A stretch of DNA of 64,000 bases, taken from positions 16,306,001 through 16,370,000 of the forward strand of contig OZ024762.1 of assembly GCA_964016885.1 (NCBI GenBank), written 5' to 3'. Under the pieces are notes generated by a model. The model did no database searches. It was not told the origin of the DNA and saw nothing but the letters and a program-made list of their open reading frames with translations. A program made the position numbers and the translations under genes. Of the stretch, positions 40,107 through 47,963 are shown one piece after another. How positions within the stretch are numbered: position 1 is the stretch's first letter; the number at the start of each line of letters is the position of its first letter. This stretch comes from Eledone cirrhosa (Eukaryota).

Positions 40107-41284
40107 CATATACATACACACACATGCATGTGTATATCATGACTCATACACTGTTCACTTTCCTGTCATTTCTACATTATTCTATGTACTATACATGCAC
40201 CTTTGATGAGTTGTAGTGCACCTGAGCACTGTACACAATAGTTTTCATTATATTATTATTTTATATAAGTTCTCCCAAGGTCAACTTTTCCTTTCATCTT
40301 TTTGATTTCGAGATTGATGAAAATAAAGTCCCAGTTTAGTACTGAGGGTCGAGATTTCTTCACCTCCTTTCATAGGCCAATTTAGTGTGTCTGAGGTTAA
40401 ACTTAATAAACAGTAATTGTTTCTACTTTTGGCACAAGGCCAGCATTTAAATCAGTGCATTACTGGTACTTTATTTTATCGACCTTTCGAGGATGTTAGG
40501 CAAAGTTAACCTCGGTGGGATTTGAACTCAGACCGTAAAGGGAGGTAATTGTGCCCGACCCTCTACCGGTACTGCCAATCCATTGCCCTTTAATAATCAA
40601 TAATCGTAATATTAATGGTTTCAGATTTAAGCACAAGGTCAACAATTTGGGGAAGGGGAAAGTCAATTACATTAAACCCCAGTACGTTACTGGTGCTTTA
40701 TTTATTGACTCTGGAAAGATGAAAGGCTTAAGCTAACCGCGGTGATGTTAAAGGTGGTCGTGATGATGATGTTGGTGGTGGTAATGATGATGGTAATGGT
40801 GATGGTAATGATGATGATGATGATGGTGGTGGTAATGATGATGGAGGTGGTCATAATGACGATGGTGGTGGCGGCGGTGCTGTTGATGATGACGATGGTG
40901 TGATGGTGCTGATGATGATGATGATGATGATGGAGGTGGTCATGATGGTGGTGGCGGTGCTGCTGCTGATGATGACGGTGGTGGCGATTCTGATGATGAT
41001 GACGACGGTGGTGGCGATTCTGATGATGATGATGCTGGTGATGATGATGATGATGATGGTAATGATGGTGATGATGTTGGTACTGATGATGCTGATATTT
41101 CTATACATTACAGATCGAGGAGAAAGCAATAACAGAACTGTTGGCATACTACACGGCTCAGGTGTCTTTTGATGAAGCAATCAGTGTTGAGAGAGAGTAT
41201 GTCACCACAGAACAACCACTCTGGAATGTCAACCGTAAACTACGTTACAACGAAACCCTTCTTTTGTCCCCTTCAAAATCATAG
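15364..41284 (+). CDS. IBTK: Inhibitor of Bruton tyrosine kinase (ankyrin-RCC1-BTB-BTB CUL3 adaptor); 22 coding exons, 3744 nt, about 1247 aa
   Basis: The hand-spliced GT-AG exons have consistent phases and give one open frame. Motifs include [78 protein letters not shown] and [20 protein letters not shown]. Confidence 0.93.
16102..16340 (+). mobile_element. Non-autonomous Helitron
   Basis: 5' end A|TCTATATAT; 3' hairpin CCCGAGCAACGCCGGG about 8 nt before CTAG|T; no TSD. Confidence 0.8.
16611..16707 (+). CDS. IBTK: IBTK coding exon 2
   Basis: TTCCAG|[18 protein letters not shown]...IHE|GTACT, phase 0 to 1. Confidence 0.85.
17640..17764 (+). CDS. IBTK: IBTK coding exon 3 (RCC1)
   Basis: [16 protein letters not shown]...HISIKQ|GTCAGT, phase 1 to 0. 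Confidence 0.92.
18625..18735 (+). CDS. IBTK: IBTK coding exon 4 (RCC1)
   Basis: [37 protein letters not shown]|GTAAG. Confidence 0.95.
19187..19272 (+). CDS. IBTK: IBTK coding exon 5
   Basis: [28 protein letters not shown], phase 0 to 2. Confidence 0.92.
19759..20239 (+). mobile_element. piggyBac-like MITE (short array) inserted at a TTAA inside a SINE
   Basis: TTAA|CCCTTTAGCATT...AAAGAG|TTAA; the SINE sequence resumes on both sides. Confidence 0.8.
20776..20978 (+). CDS. IBTK: IBTK coding exon 6 (RCC1)
   Basis: [15 protein letters not shown]...[11 protein letters not shown], phase 2 to 1. Confidence 0.94.
20986..22208 (+). mobile_element. piggyBac-like MITE with a 60-bp array
   Basis: TTAA|CCCTTTAGCATTTA...TAAATGCTAATGGG|TTAA, giving TIRs and a TTAA TSD. 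Confidence 0.88.
22763..22934 (+). CDS. IBTK: IBTK coding exon 7
   Basis: [15 protein letters not shown]...[27 protein letters not shown], phase 1 to 2. Confidence 0.92.
23165..23660 (-). mobile_element. RTE-clade LINE 3' fragment (C-terminal RT region plus (ATG)n tail)
   Basis: Encodes [12 protein letters not shown]..., [12 protein letters not shown] and [12 protein letters not shown], with internal deletions. Confidence 0.85.
24318..24471 (+). CDS. IBTK: IBTK coding exon 8
   Basis: [14 protein letters not shown]...IFCGSKRR|GTAAG, phase 2 to 0. Confidence 0.88.
24724..25185. repeat. 51-bp minisatellite, about 9 copies
   Basis: TTGGTAGGGGCCTTAAAGGTAACCTTTGCTTTAGCAGGGAACATTGGCTTA. Confidence 0.92.
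25663..25834 (+). CDS. IBTK: IBTK coding exon 9
   Basis: ICIWRS...[25 protein letters not shown]...EEK|GTGAG, phase 0 to 1. Confidence 0.92.
26922..27090 (+). CDS. IBTK: IBTK coding exon 10
   Basis: ...[33 protein letters not shown], phase 1 to 2. Confidence 0.9.
27299..27632 (-). mobile_element. piggyBac-like MITE, reverse orientation
   Basis: Reverse complement of the same element, with TTAA ends. Confidence 0.8.
28014..28119 (+). CDS. IBTK: IBTK coding exon 11
   Basis: [35 protein letters not shown]|GTATG, phase 2 to 0. Confidence 0.88.
28806..28841 (-). ncRNA. Minimal hammerhead ribozyme at the end of a Penelope-like remnant
   Basis: TCTT-CTGATGA-AGGAC-TAGC-GTCC-GAAAC-GTT-AAGA; stem III is reduced to the palindrome AACGTT. 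Confidence 0.75.
28950..29605. repeat. (GTAT)n-type compound microsatellite
   Basis: Direct inspection. Confidence 0.92.
29637..30085 (+). CDS. IBTK: IBTK coding exon 12 (BTB1)
   Basis: [20 protein letters not shown]...LLQYVYS...PKFDRAA, phase 0 to 2. Confidence 0.93.
30465..30980. repeat. 48-bp minisatellite derived from a SINE segment
   Basis: ACATTACAGGGTGGACTGGGTGCTTTTTGACACGACACCTACATGACC, about 10 copies. Confidence 0.9.
31146..31272 (+). CDS. IBTK: IBTK coding exon 13 (BTB2)
   Basis: [10 protein letters not shown]...[25 protein letters not shown]|GTGAG. Confidence 0.95.
31660..31753 (+). CDS. IBTK: IBTK coding exon 14
   Basis: [31 protein letters not shown]|GTAAG, phase 0 to 1. Confidence 0.92.
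31785..31950 (+). mobile_element. Short CRE-like RLE LINE fragment
   Basis: [11 protein letters not shown]...[18 protein letters not shown]. Confidence 0.6.
32150..32855. repeat. 71-bp minisatellite, about 10 copies
   Basis: ATATTTCCACCATGGTATAACTTCTGTTAAATATAGCTGACATAATATATTTATATATAACAGATAACAAA. Confidence 0.92.
32930..33022 (+). CDS. IBTK: IBTK coding exon 15
   Basis: [31 protein letters not shown]|GTGAGT, phase 1 to 1; the acceptor (AAG) is less certain. Confidence 0.88.
33035..33454 (+). mobile_element. piggyBac-like MITE
   Basis: TTAA|CCCTTTAAC...TTCTAAAGGG|TTAA. Confidence 0.85.
33526..33862 (+). mobile_element. tRNA-derived SINE family B with an RTE-type tail (representative copy)
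   Basis: Head GGAGGCACATRGCTTAGTGGTTAGAGC...GTGAGTTCAATTC, core CCTTGAGCAAGACAC, GTTAGGAAGGGCATCCAGC and an (ATG)n tail. Other copies occur at about 14000-14392(-), 17203-17520, 18201-18540, 23690-24014(-), 28280-28540(-), 47640-47900(-), 52980-53343(-) and 60369-60700. Confidence 0.88.
34477..34594 (+). CDS. IBTK: IBTK coding exon 16
   Basis: [39 protein letters not shown], phase 1 to 2. Confidence 0.92.
35231..35291 (+). CDS. IBTK: IBTK coding exon 17
   Basis: [21 protein letters not shown]|GTAAG, phase 2 to 0. Confidence 0.88.
35430..36380. repeat. AT-rich (ATATATAGC)n-type array
   Basis: Direct inspection. Confidence 0.9.
36489..36878 (+). CDS. IBTK: IBTK coding exon 18 (low-complexity region)
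   Basis: [17 protein letters not shown], then poly-S and poly-N, ending QMKNE|GTAAT. Confidence 0.88.
37370..37584 (+). CDS. IBTK: IBTK coding exon 19
   Basis: AGAINQ...NPW...[11 protein letters not shown], phase 0 to 2. Confidence 0.85.
37678..37912. repeat. 37-bp minisatellite with a self-complementary unit
   Basis: AGGTACACTGTATCCCAGTGTATACCTGGTTTACAAT, about 6 copies. Confidence 0.88.
38046..38116 (-). ncRNA. Type I hammerhead ribozyme (left arm of a palindrome)
   Basis: TTCATT-CTGATGA-GCGA..TCGT-GAAAC-CTTTG-GTA-AATGGA on the minus strand. Confidence 0.75.
38126..38196 (+). ncRNA. Type I hammerhead ribozyme (right arm of the palindrome), sense in an IBTK intron
   Basis: TTCATT-CTGATGA-GCGA..TCGT-GAAAC-CTTTG-GTA-AATGGA. 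Confidence 0.75.
38351..38425 (+). CDS. IBTK: IBTK coding exon 20 (symmetric phase 2-2, possibly a cassette exon)
   Basis: TTTAG|[27 protein letters not shown]|GTAGG; open and in phase, but homology is weak. Confidence 0.65.
38877..39111 (+). CDS. IBTK: IBTK coding exon 21
   Basis: SWGL...SPW...[27 protein letters not shown]|GTAAA. Confidence 0.9.
39348..39737 (-). mobile_element. RTE-like LINE 3' fragment with an inverted 5' segment
   Basis: The minus part encodes [12 protein letters not shown]...RRGRPRLTY. The plus part at about 39666-39737 encodes [25 protein letters not shown] (one frameshift). Confidence 0.82.
39914..39978 (+). ncRNA. Type I hammerhead ribozyme, sense in the last IBTK intron
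   Basis: TATTTTAT-CTGATGA-AAG..ACCAA..TTGGT..CTT-GAAA-TATATA-TA-ATAAAATA, with an 8-bp stem I. Confidence 0.85.
41114..41284 (+). CDS. IBTK: IBTK last coding exon 22
   Basis: [13 protein letters not shown]...ISVER...PLWN...SKS then TAG. Confidence 0.92.
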   Translation: MEEKAITELLAYYTAQVSFDEAISVEREYVTTEQPLWNVNRKLRYNETLLLSPSKS

Positions 41285-41803
41285 CTGGGCTGTGACAAAT
41301 ACAAAAACCTGATATATATATATATATATATATAAACGTTTGTATATGTATAATAAAGCCAAAACAATGCAGGTATGGACATAGAATAAAGAAGGCAAAT
41401 GCAAAAGATATTGTTGACAATTAGTCTTTTACCTTAGATTTATTTAAATAAATCTAAGGTAAAAGACTAATTGTCAACAATATCTTTTGAATTTGCATTC
41501 TTTATTCTATGTCCATACCTGCATTGTTTTGGCTTTATTATACATATACAAACGTTTATACTTCATTACACAATGCTTCAAGTGAACTATAACCTCCTCT
41601 ATATATATATATATATATATATAGTAATAATAATAAATTTGAAGACTAAAATCCAAAGATGGCTCGATAAGGACAAATATATATCAAATATATAAGAACC
41701 GTAGAGCAAATATCAGATTAAAGTTTAAGCAAAGAATCGCTGCTTTCACCCTTAATGGGATCTTCTGAAACTAAAAAAATCAATCTGTGATTTTAATAAA
41801 TAA

Positions 41804-41842
<39 letters not shown>

Positions 41843-41954
41843 TATATACATACACATATATATATACATATATGATTGACTGACTTGTCATTTTATCTGT
41901 CAGATGATCCATGCTTTTTCTCATATCTAACATATTAAGAATGTATCAAATGTA

Positions 41955-41996
<42 letters not shown>

Positions 41997-43073
41997 AATG
42001 TAGCATATTAAATATGTTAGAGTTATGTGCTTCTCAATAAACAAGCTCAATAGACTTTATCCAGAGCAATAATAAGTCAAATATAAAAGATATACATATA
42101 TCAAAATAACAGATTAAAGTTTAAGCAAAGAATCGCTGCTTTCACCCTTAACAGTATCTTCTGAATAGAGAGAGAGAGAGAGAGGATCATATATCCAGAG
42201 AAAACACAGTATATTGTATTGTATATATACTAAATACATATTACAGAGTACATATTCCTTTCTGAAATATGTATTTAGTATATATACAATACAATATACT
42301 GTGTTTTCTCTGGATATATGGTTCTCCCTCTCTCTCTCTCTATATATATATATATCTTTTATTTGACTTATATATATATATGTATCTTTTATTTGACTTA
42401 TATATATATGTATCTTTTATTTGACTTATATATATATATATATGTATCTTTTATTTGACATATATATATATATATATATCTCTTTTATTTGACATATATA
42501 TATATATATCTCTTTTATTTGACATATATATCTTTGACATATATATATATATATATCTTTTATTTGACATATATATATATATATATATCTTTTATTTGAC
42601 ATATATATATATCTTTTATTTGACATATATATATATATGTATGTCAAATAAAAGATACATATATATATATATATGTCAAATAAAAGATACATATATATAT
42701 ATATCTTTTATTTGACTTATATCTATATATATATCTTTTATTTGACTTATATCTATATATGTATCTTTTATTTGACATATATATATGTATCTTTTATTTG
42801 ACATATATATATATATGTATCTTTTATTTGACACATATATAGATATGTATCTTTTATTTGACATATATATATATATATATATATACGTTATTCTGGGTTG
42901 AATCGGAGGTAACCACAGTAAGTAAGGTACTCAATACATAGCAGAGTATAAAGAGTATAAGAGTTTTAATATAGAAGAGATTCTACAGGACTAGAACTGT
43001 TTCATTCTTTAGAAATCATCAGGAATCTCCTGAGATTCTAAAGAATGAAACAGTTCTAGTCCTGTAGAATCTC

Positions 43074-43109
<36 letters not shown>

Positions 43110-43454
43110 TGCAAAAGGAAAACCAAGGTTGTTTTTCAAATTTCACATCTATATCAGAATCTGTGTGTGTGGCTGGTATATTCTGTTATCAGTCTTAAAA
43201 GAATGGAAGAGAAAATCTTTGACTGACTGAGATTTGACTATAAAACAACAAAGGGGATGTAACTAAATACCAATAACTGAAAAATAAAAATAACAACAGT
43301 AACGAGGAATCTCTGTTAAATCAATATAGTATAGTGCAATTTTTTAATTTTGAGGTCTGAAACAGTGTTTGAGCCTCACACAGTGGTGGTAAGTAGTTCG
43401 TGCTAACTCAGTGTTGTTGAGAAAAGAAGAGATGTTACAATGATGTTTGTGAAT

Positions 43455-44020
43455 AACCCTTGATCCAGTTTTGTATGAAATATATTGATCCACTGTCTAA
43501 AGGTATTCATTAATCCATTATTGTATGAAATATATTGATCCACTACTCAGAGTATTCCTCAATCCAGTTTTATATAATGTATATTGATCCAGTCTCAAAG
43601 TATTCCTTGATCTACTGTTGTGTGGAATACATTGAACCATTGTTACAGTAATCCTTGATCCACTGTTGTGTGGAATACATTGATCCAATGTCTCAAGGTA
43701 TTTCTTGATCCACTGTTGTGTGGAATACTTTGATCCATTGTCCCATAGTAATCCTTGATCCTCTGTTGTGTGGAATACATTGATCCAGTGTCTCAAGTAA
43801 TTTCTTGATCCACTGTTGTGTGAAATACTTTGATCCATTGTCCCATAGTAATCCTTGATCCTCTGTTGTGTGGAATACATTGATCCAGTGTCTCAAGTAA
43901 TTTCTTGATCCACTGTTGTGTGAAATACTTTGATCCATTGTCCCATAGTAATCCTTGATCCTCTGTTGTGTGGTATATTTTGAACCATTGTCACATAGTA
44001 AAGTACTCTTTGATCTGGTG
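43455..44020. repeat. TTGATCC-based repeat with a 100-bp higher-order period
   Basis: Near-identical blocks start at 43741, 43841 and 43941. Confidence 0.85.
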
Positions 44021-44529
44021 TTACAAAGTACTCCTTGTTATATCCCCCCCCCCCCCCCTCCTGTCTCTCAGGAGTTGGTTAAGCATTGTCTTTCACCTGA
44101 TTTACCTGGACAGGTCAAGTAGTCAGACACTTCAAGTAATTAAAACCCCCAAAACTTTTCATTCAAAACCAATATATACTTCTTACAGTGGAAAGGGGGG
44201 GGGCTTAAATTGGGGGAGGAGGGAGAGAAGAGGAACGAAGCGAAGTATAGGAGGAGGAGTAAAAGTAAAAGAGGGGGAGTAGAGGAAGGACGGGGAAGAG
44301 GGGAGGAAGGACGGGGAAGAGGAGAGGGGAGGAAGGACGGGGAAGAGGGGAGGAAGGACGGGGAAGAGAAGAGGGGAGGAAGGACGTGGAAGAGAAGAGG
44401 GGAGGAAGGACGTGGAAGGGGGAGGACGTGGAAGAGAAAAGGGGAGGAAGGACGTGAAAGAGGAAGGGGAGGAGGAGTAATATCCAGTCAACGGTCATGT
44501 AAATAGTTAACCAAGAAGACAGAATATAT

Positions 44530-45537
44530 TTACTTGTCGTCCTCCAATGTTGGTTCGATGGTGAGTAAACCGCAAGAGATGAGTTTATTAATCTTTTTAC
44601 GGATATCTGGGTCTTTCATATACGTTTCCATGGATTCCGGTTTATTTTGTATCTCGTAAAGTATTTTTGTTATTCCCGGTTCACTTAGAATGGCCTTTAA
44701 TTCAGGGTTTCTCTGTATACGTCTCTGGACCACCTCTGGGGCGGTTGGGTCCAGCCCAGATTCTTTAGAAGTGATCTTGTATCCTTTCAAAGCTTCCTTG
44801 CAGTTGCTATCAATATCTATGGCTTTTTCATATTCCAGATGAGCCTTTGAAAATGTTTTCAACTTTCGGAATAGCTTGCCCCTGATAAGATAGGCTTGGA
44901 TGTATGATGGGTCGATACTTGTACAAGTTTCTGCGTCTTGCAACGAAAGTGTAAACTCTTTCATCTTGAAGTAGCAGAGAGCGCGGTTGAAGTAACGTCT
45001 CACATCGTTGGGACTTCTCTTAATCGCTTCGTTATAATGGCTAGCGGCTTTGTTGTAGTTTTCGTTTTTGAAACACTTGTTTCCCTTTTGATTTTCCGCC
45101 TCAGAAATATCGAAATTAATGTAAGCATTCTTCTGTAGATCTTCTAAGTCCAGTTCCATTTTCTGAGCAATCTTTATCACAGCAGGGTTTCTGTCTTCTA
45201 TAATAGAATAATCATAAAACTTGAGAGAATTCTCCAAGTCGTTCAGTTTTTCATATGCTTTAGCCAGACGATAGTAACTCTTGGCAATGGTCTTTCTTTC
45301 CACTTTATTCTTGTCGATTAACTTCAGAGAATTTTCACAGAGTTCAATACAGTCCCGGTAGTTTCCTTGATCGATAAATACCGCTGCTTTGTTGTTAATG
45401 ATTATGATATTGGTAGGGTCGTACTCCAAAGCAGTGTCGTAATGCTTCAGGGCTTCGTTAAAATTCCTAGCTTTGTATTGATTATTGCCTTTAAGTTTCT
45501 CTTCGTCACATAATTTGCTGTGGTCCTTGTTATCCAT
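44530..45537 (-). CDS. Intronless STIP1/Hop-like TPR co-chaperone (TPR2A-TPR2B-DP2 only), 335 aa from the first ATG
   Basis: EEKLKGNNQYK, NNKAAV, IAKSYYRLAKAY, AYINFD, KGNKCFK, YFNRALCY and the DP2-like PELKAILSEPGITKIL...MKDPDIRKKINKLISCGLL are collinear with the C-terminal two-thirds of STIP1. It is a single ORF with no introns and is probably a paralog or retrocopy. Confidence 0.9.
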   Translation of the reverse strand: MDNKDHSKLCDEEKLKGNNQYKARNFNEALKHYDTALEYDPTNIIIINNKAAVFIDQGNYRDCIELCENSLKLIDKNKVERKTIAKSYYRLAKAYEKLNDLENSLKFYDYSIIEDRNPAVIKIAQKMELDLEDLQKNAYINFDISEAENQKGNKCFKNENYNKAASHYNEAIKRSPNDVRRYFNRALCYFKMKEFTLSLQDAETCTSIDPSYIQAYLIRGKLFRKLKTFSKAHLEYEKAIDIDSNCKEALKGYKITSKESGLDPTAPEVVQRRIQRNPELKAILSEPGITKILYEIQNKPESMETYMKDPDIRKKINKLISCGLLTIEPTLEDDK

Positions 45538-46424
45538 TGTTGGACGAGGGGGAAGTTGTTTGTTTGTTTGTCCAATATAAACAATCGAGTTCAAATGAAC
45601 ACGAAAACAATTGATTTATAAAGAAAGATATTAGTTCATCGAATATTTCCAACAGATGAACAAGAAGGATAAGACAGAAGAAGAAGGATAAGACAGAGAA
45701 AGAAGGTGAAGGATAAGGCAGAAGAAAAAGAAAGGTGAAGACGAAAAAGAAGAAAACGGTGACGAAAGGTGAAGGAGGAGAAACCGTCTAAAATGTCTTG
45801 TTATTAAAGATGAAGATATTTACTTTACATACGAGCGTTCGTTTGTCAGACATTGAACTAAATAAATATAGAGACAAAAACTACTACAACTAAACCGTTT
45901 TCAGTAAATACAGCAGATTAAAATTTAACAACCAATCAGTAATGTCATCTGCATAATACAAGTTTGGGTAAAACTAATCACTGCAGATTTTGTAGCTTAT
46001 GGAAAGATCGAGAAAGCTAACGTCTGCAGCATCTAGATAAATCATACACAATTGCTAAGTAGGATCGAAAATAAACAATACATGGCAGTTGTTTATATAG
46101 ATAATGAACACAACCACAAGGATATGGGCCGAACGTGGAAGAGCCGAACTCCCACTGTCATCGCCTCCATATCTCTCTCGCCCTTCCCATCTCTCTATAT
46201 GGTAAGTAAATGGTGCTGGCCTCCCCACTGCCCCGGCGGACAGAATGGAGAAGGCGTTACTCCGGAGGTGGACAGATGGAGAAAACTAACGACTGCACCT
46301 TGTAGCTTATGGAAAGACCATGAAAAAAACTAACGATTTGTTGCAGTGACGAGAGTTAAGCTGTGTTAATCTGATTTCTATGGATTAACGTTTTAAAACG
46401 AAGCTACAGAAGCTGGGATGTTGT

Positions 46425-47255
46425 ATATTGTGGTGGTGGTAGTGTGTGGTGTAGTGATGGTACTGTTGGTGTGGTGCTGGTGGTGGTAGTAGTAGTGTGT
46501 GGTGGTGGTGGTAGTGTGTGGTGATTGTGCTGGTGGTGGTGGTGGTAGTAGTAGTGTGTGGTGGTGGTAGTAGTGTGTGGTGGTGGTGGTAGTGTGTGGT
46601 GGTGGTGGTAGTGTGTGGTGGTGGTGGTGTAGTGATGGTACTGTTGTGGTGTAGTGATGGTACTGTTGATGTGGTGGTGGTAGTAGTAGTGTGTGGTAGT
46701 GGTGGTGATGGTACTGTTGGTATGGTGGTGGTGGTAGTAGTAGTGTGTGGTGGTGGTAGTGATGGTACTGTTGGTGTGGTGGTGGTGGTAGTAGTAGTGA
46801 TGGTAGTGTGTGGTGATTGTGGTGGTGGTGGTAGTGTGTGGTGGTGGTGGTACTGTTGGTATGGCGGTGGTGGTGTGTGTGTGTGTGGAGGTGGTGGTGG
46901 TGGTGGTGGCGGCGTGTGTGTGGAGGAGGTGGTATTGGTGGTGGTGTGGTGGTGGTGGTGGTGTGGTGATGATAGTGGTGGTGGTGTGTGTGTGTGGAGG
47001 TGGTGGTGGTGGTGGCGGCGGCGGCGTGTGTGAGGAGGTGGTGGAAGTGTGGTGGTGGTGGTGGAGGTGGTAGTGGTGGTATTGGTGGTGGTGTGGCGGA
47101 GGTGGTGGTGGAGGTGCTGGTGGTGTGTGGCGCTCGTGGTGGTGTGGTGGTGGTGGTACTGGTGGTGGAGGTGGTGGTGGTGGTAGTGGTGGTGGTGGTG
47201 ATACTGGTGGTGGTGGTACTGGTTGTGGAGGTGGTGGTGGTGGTACTGGTGGTGG
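46425..47255. repeat. (GTG/GTA)n trinucleotide-rich low-complexity tract
   Basis: Direct inspection. Confidence 0.92.
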
Positions 47256-47511
47256 ATTGCCAGAATTGGTAGAGCATCGGACACCATGCTTACAGCATAG
47301 AGTTACGGCCCTTGCCATTCTGAGTTCAAATCCCGCCGGGATTAGCTTTGCCTTTCATCCTTACAGGGTCGATAAAATAAAGTACTAGTAATGCACTGGG
47401 GTTGATTTAATCGACTCCCCCCCCCCCCGAAAATTGCTGGCCTTGTGCTTATATACAAAACCATTGTTAGCATTATTATTTGTTGTTCTTCTTCCAGTAA
47501 ATCTTGGCGTC

Positions 47512-47912
47512 ATGTTGAAGAAACCCTTGCCGAAATCTAATCCAGACAAATGTTTTCAAAGACATATGGAATCTTTGTCGGTAAAGAAAAAAAAACAAAA
47601 TTATATGTTCATATGTTTTATCATCATCATCATCATCACCGTTTTACGTCCATTCTTTCACGCTAGCATGGGTTAGATGGGTTGTCCTGTTGCGGGCAGT
47701 GTCCGGTCGGCTGACCTTGTCTTGCTCATACGGGAACTGATTCTGGCTTGATTTCTACAGCTGGATGCCCTTCCTAACACCAACCTCATTTACAGTGAGT
47801 GCTGGGTGCTTTTTTGCCATGGCACCTCCACGACCACTTTGCAGTGGAATGATAGGGACCCCAGTCCCTATCTTCTCATTTCTACAGCTGAGTAAACTGG
47901 TTTATATATATG

Positions 47913-47963
<51 letters not shown>

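Noticed and set aside
44190-44480. G-rich purine tract as a functional G-quadruplex element
   Set aside because: It is a simple GAGGAAGGACGGGGAA repeat like many others here, and nothing beyond composition supports a function.
45538-45594. N-terminal extension of the Hop-like ORF
   Set aside because: It depends on a non-ATG start. The first ATG is at 45537.
46385-47318. His/Pro/Thr-rich extensin- or mucin-like ORFs
   Set aside because: They come from a (GTG)n low-complexity tract that is open in several frames and runs into a SINE.
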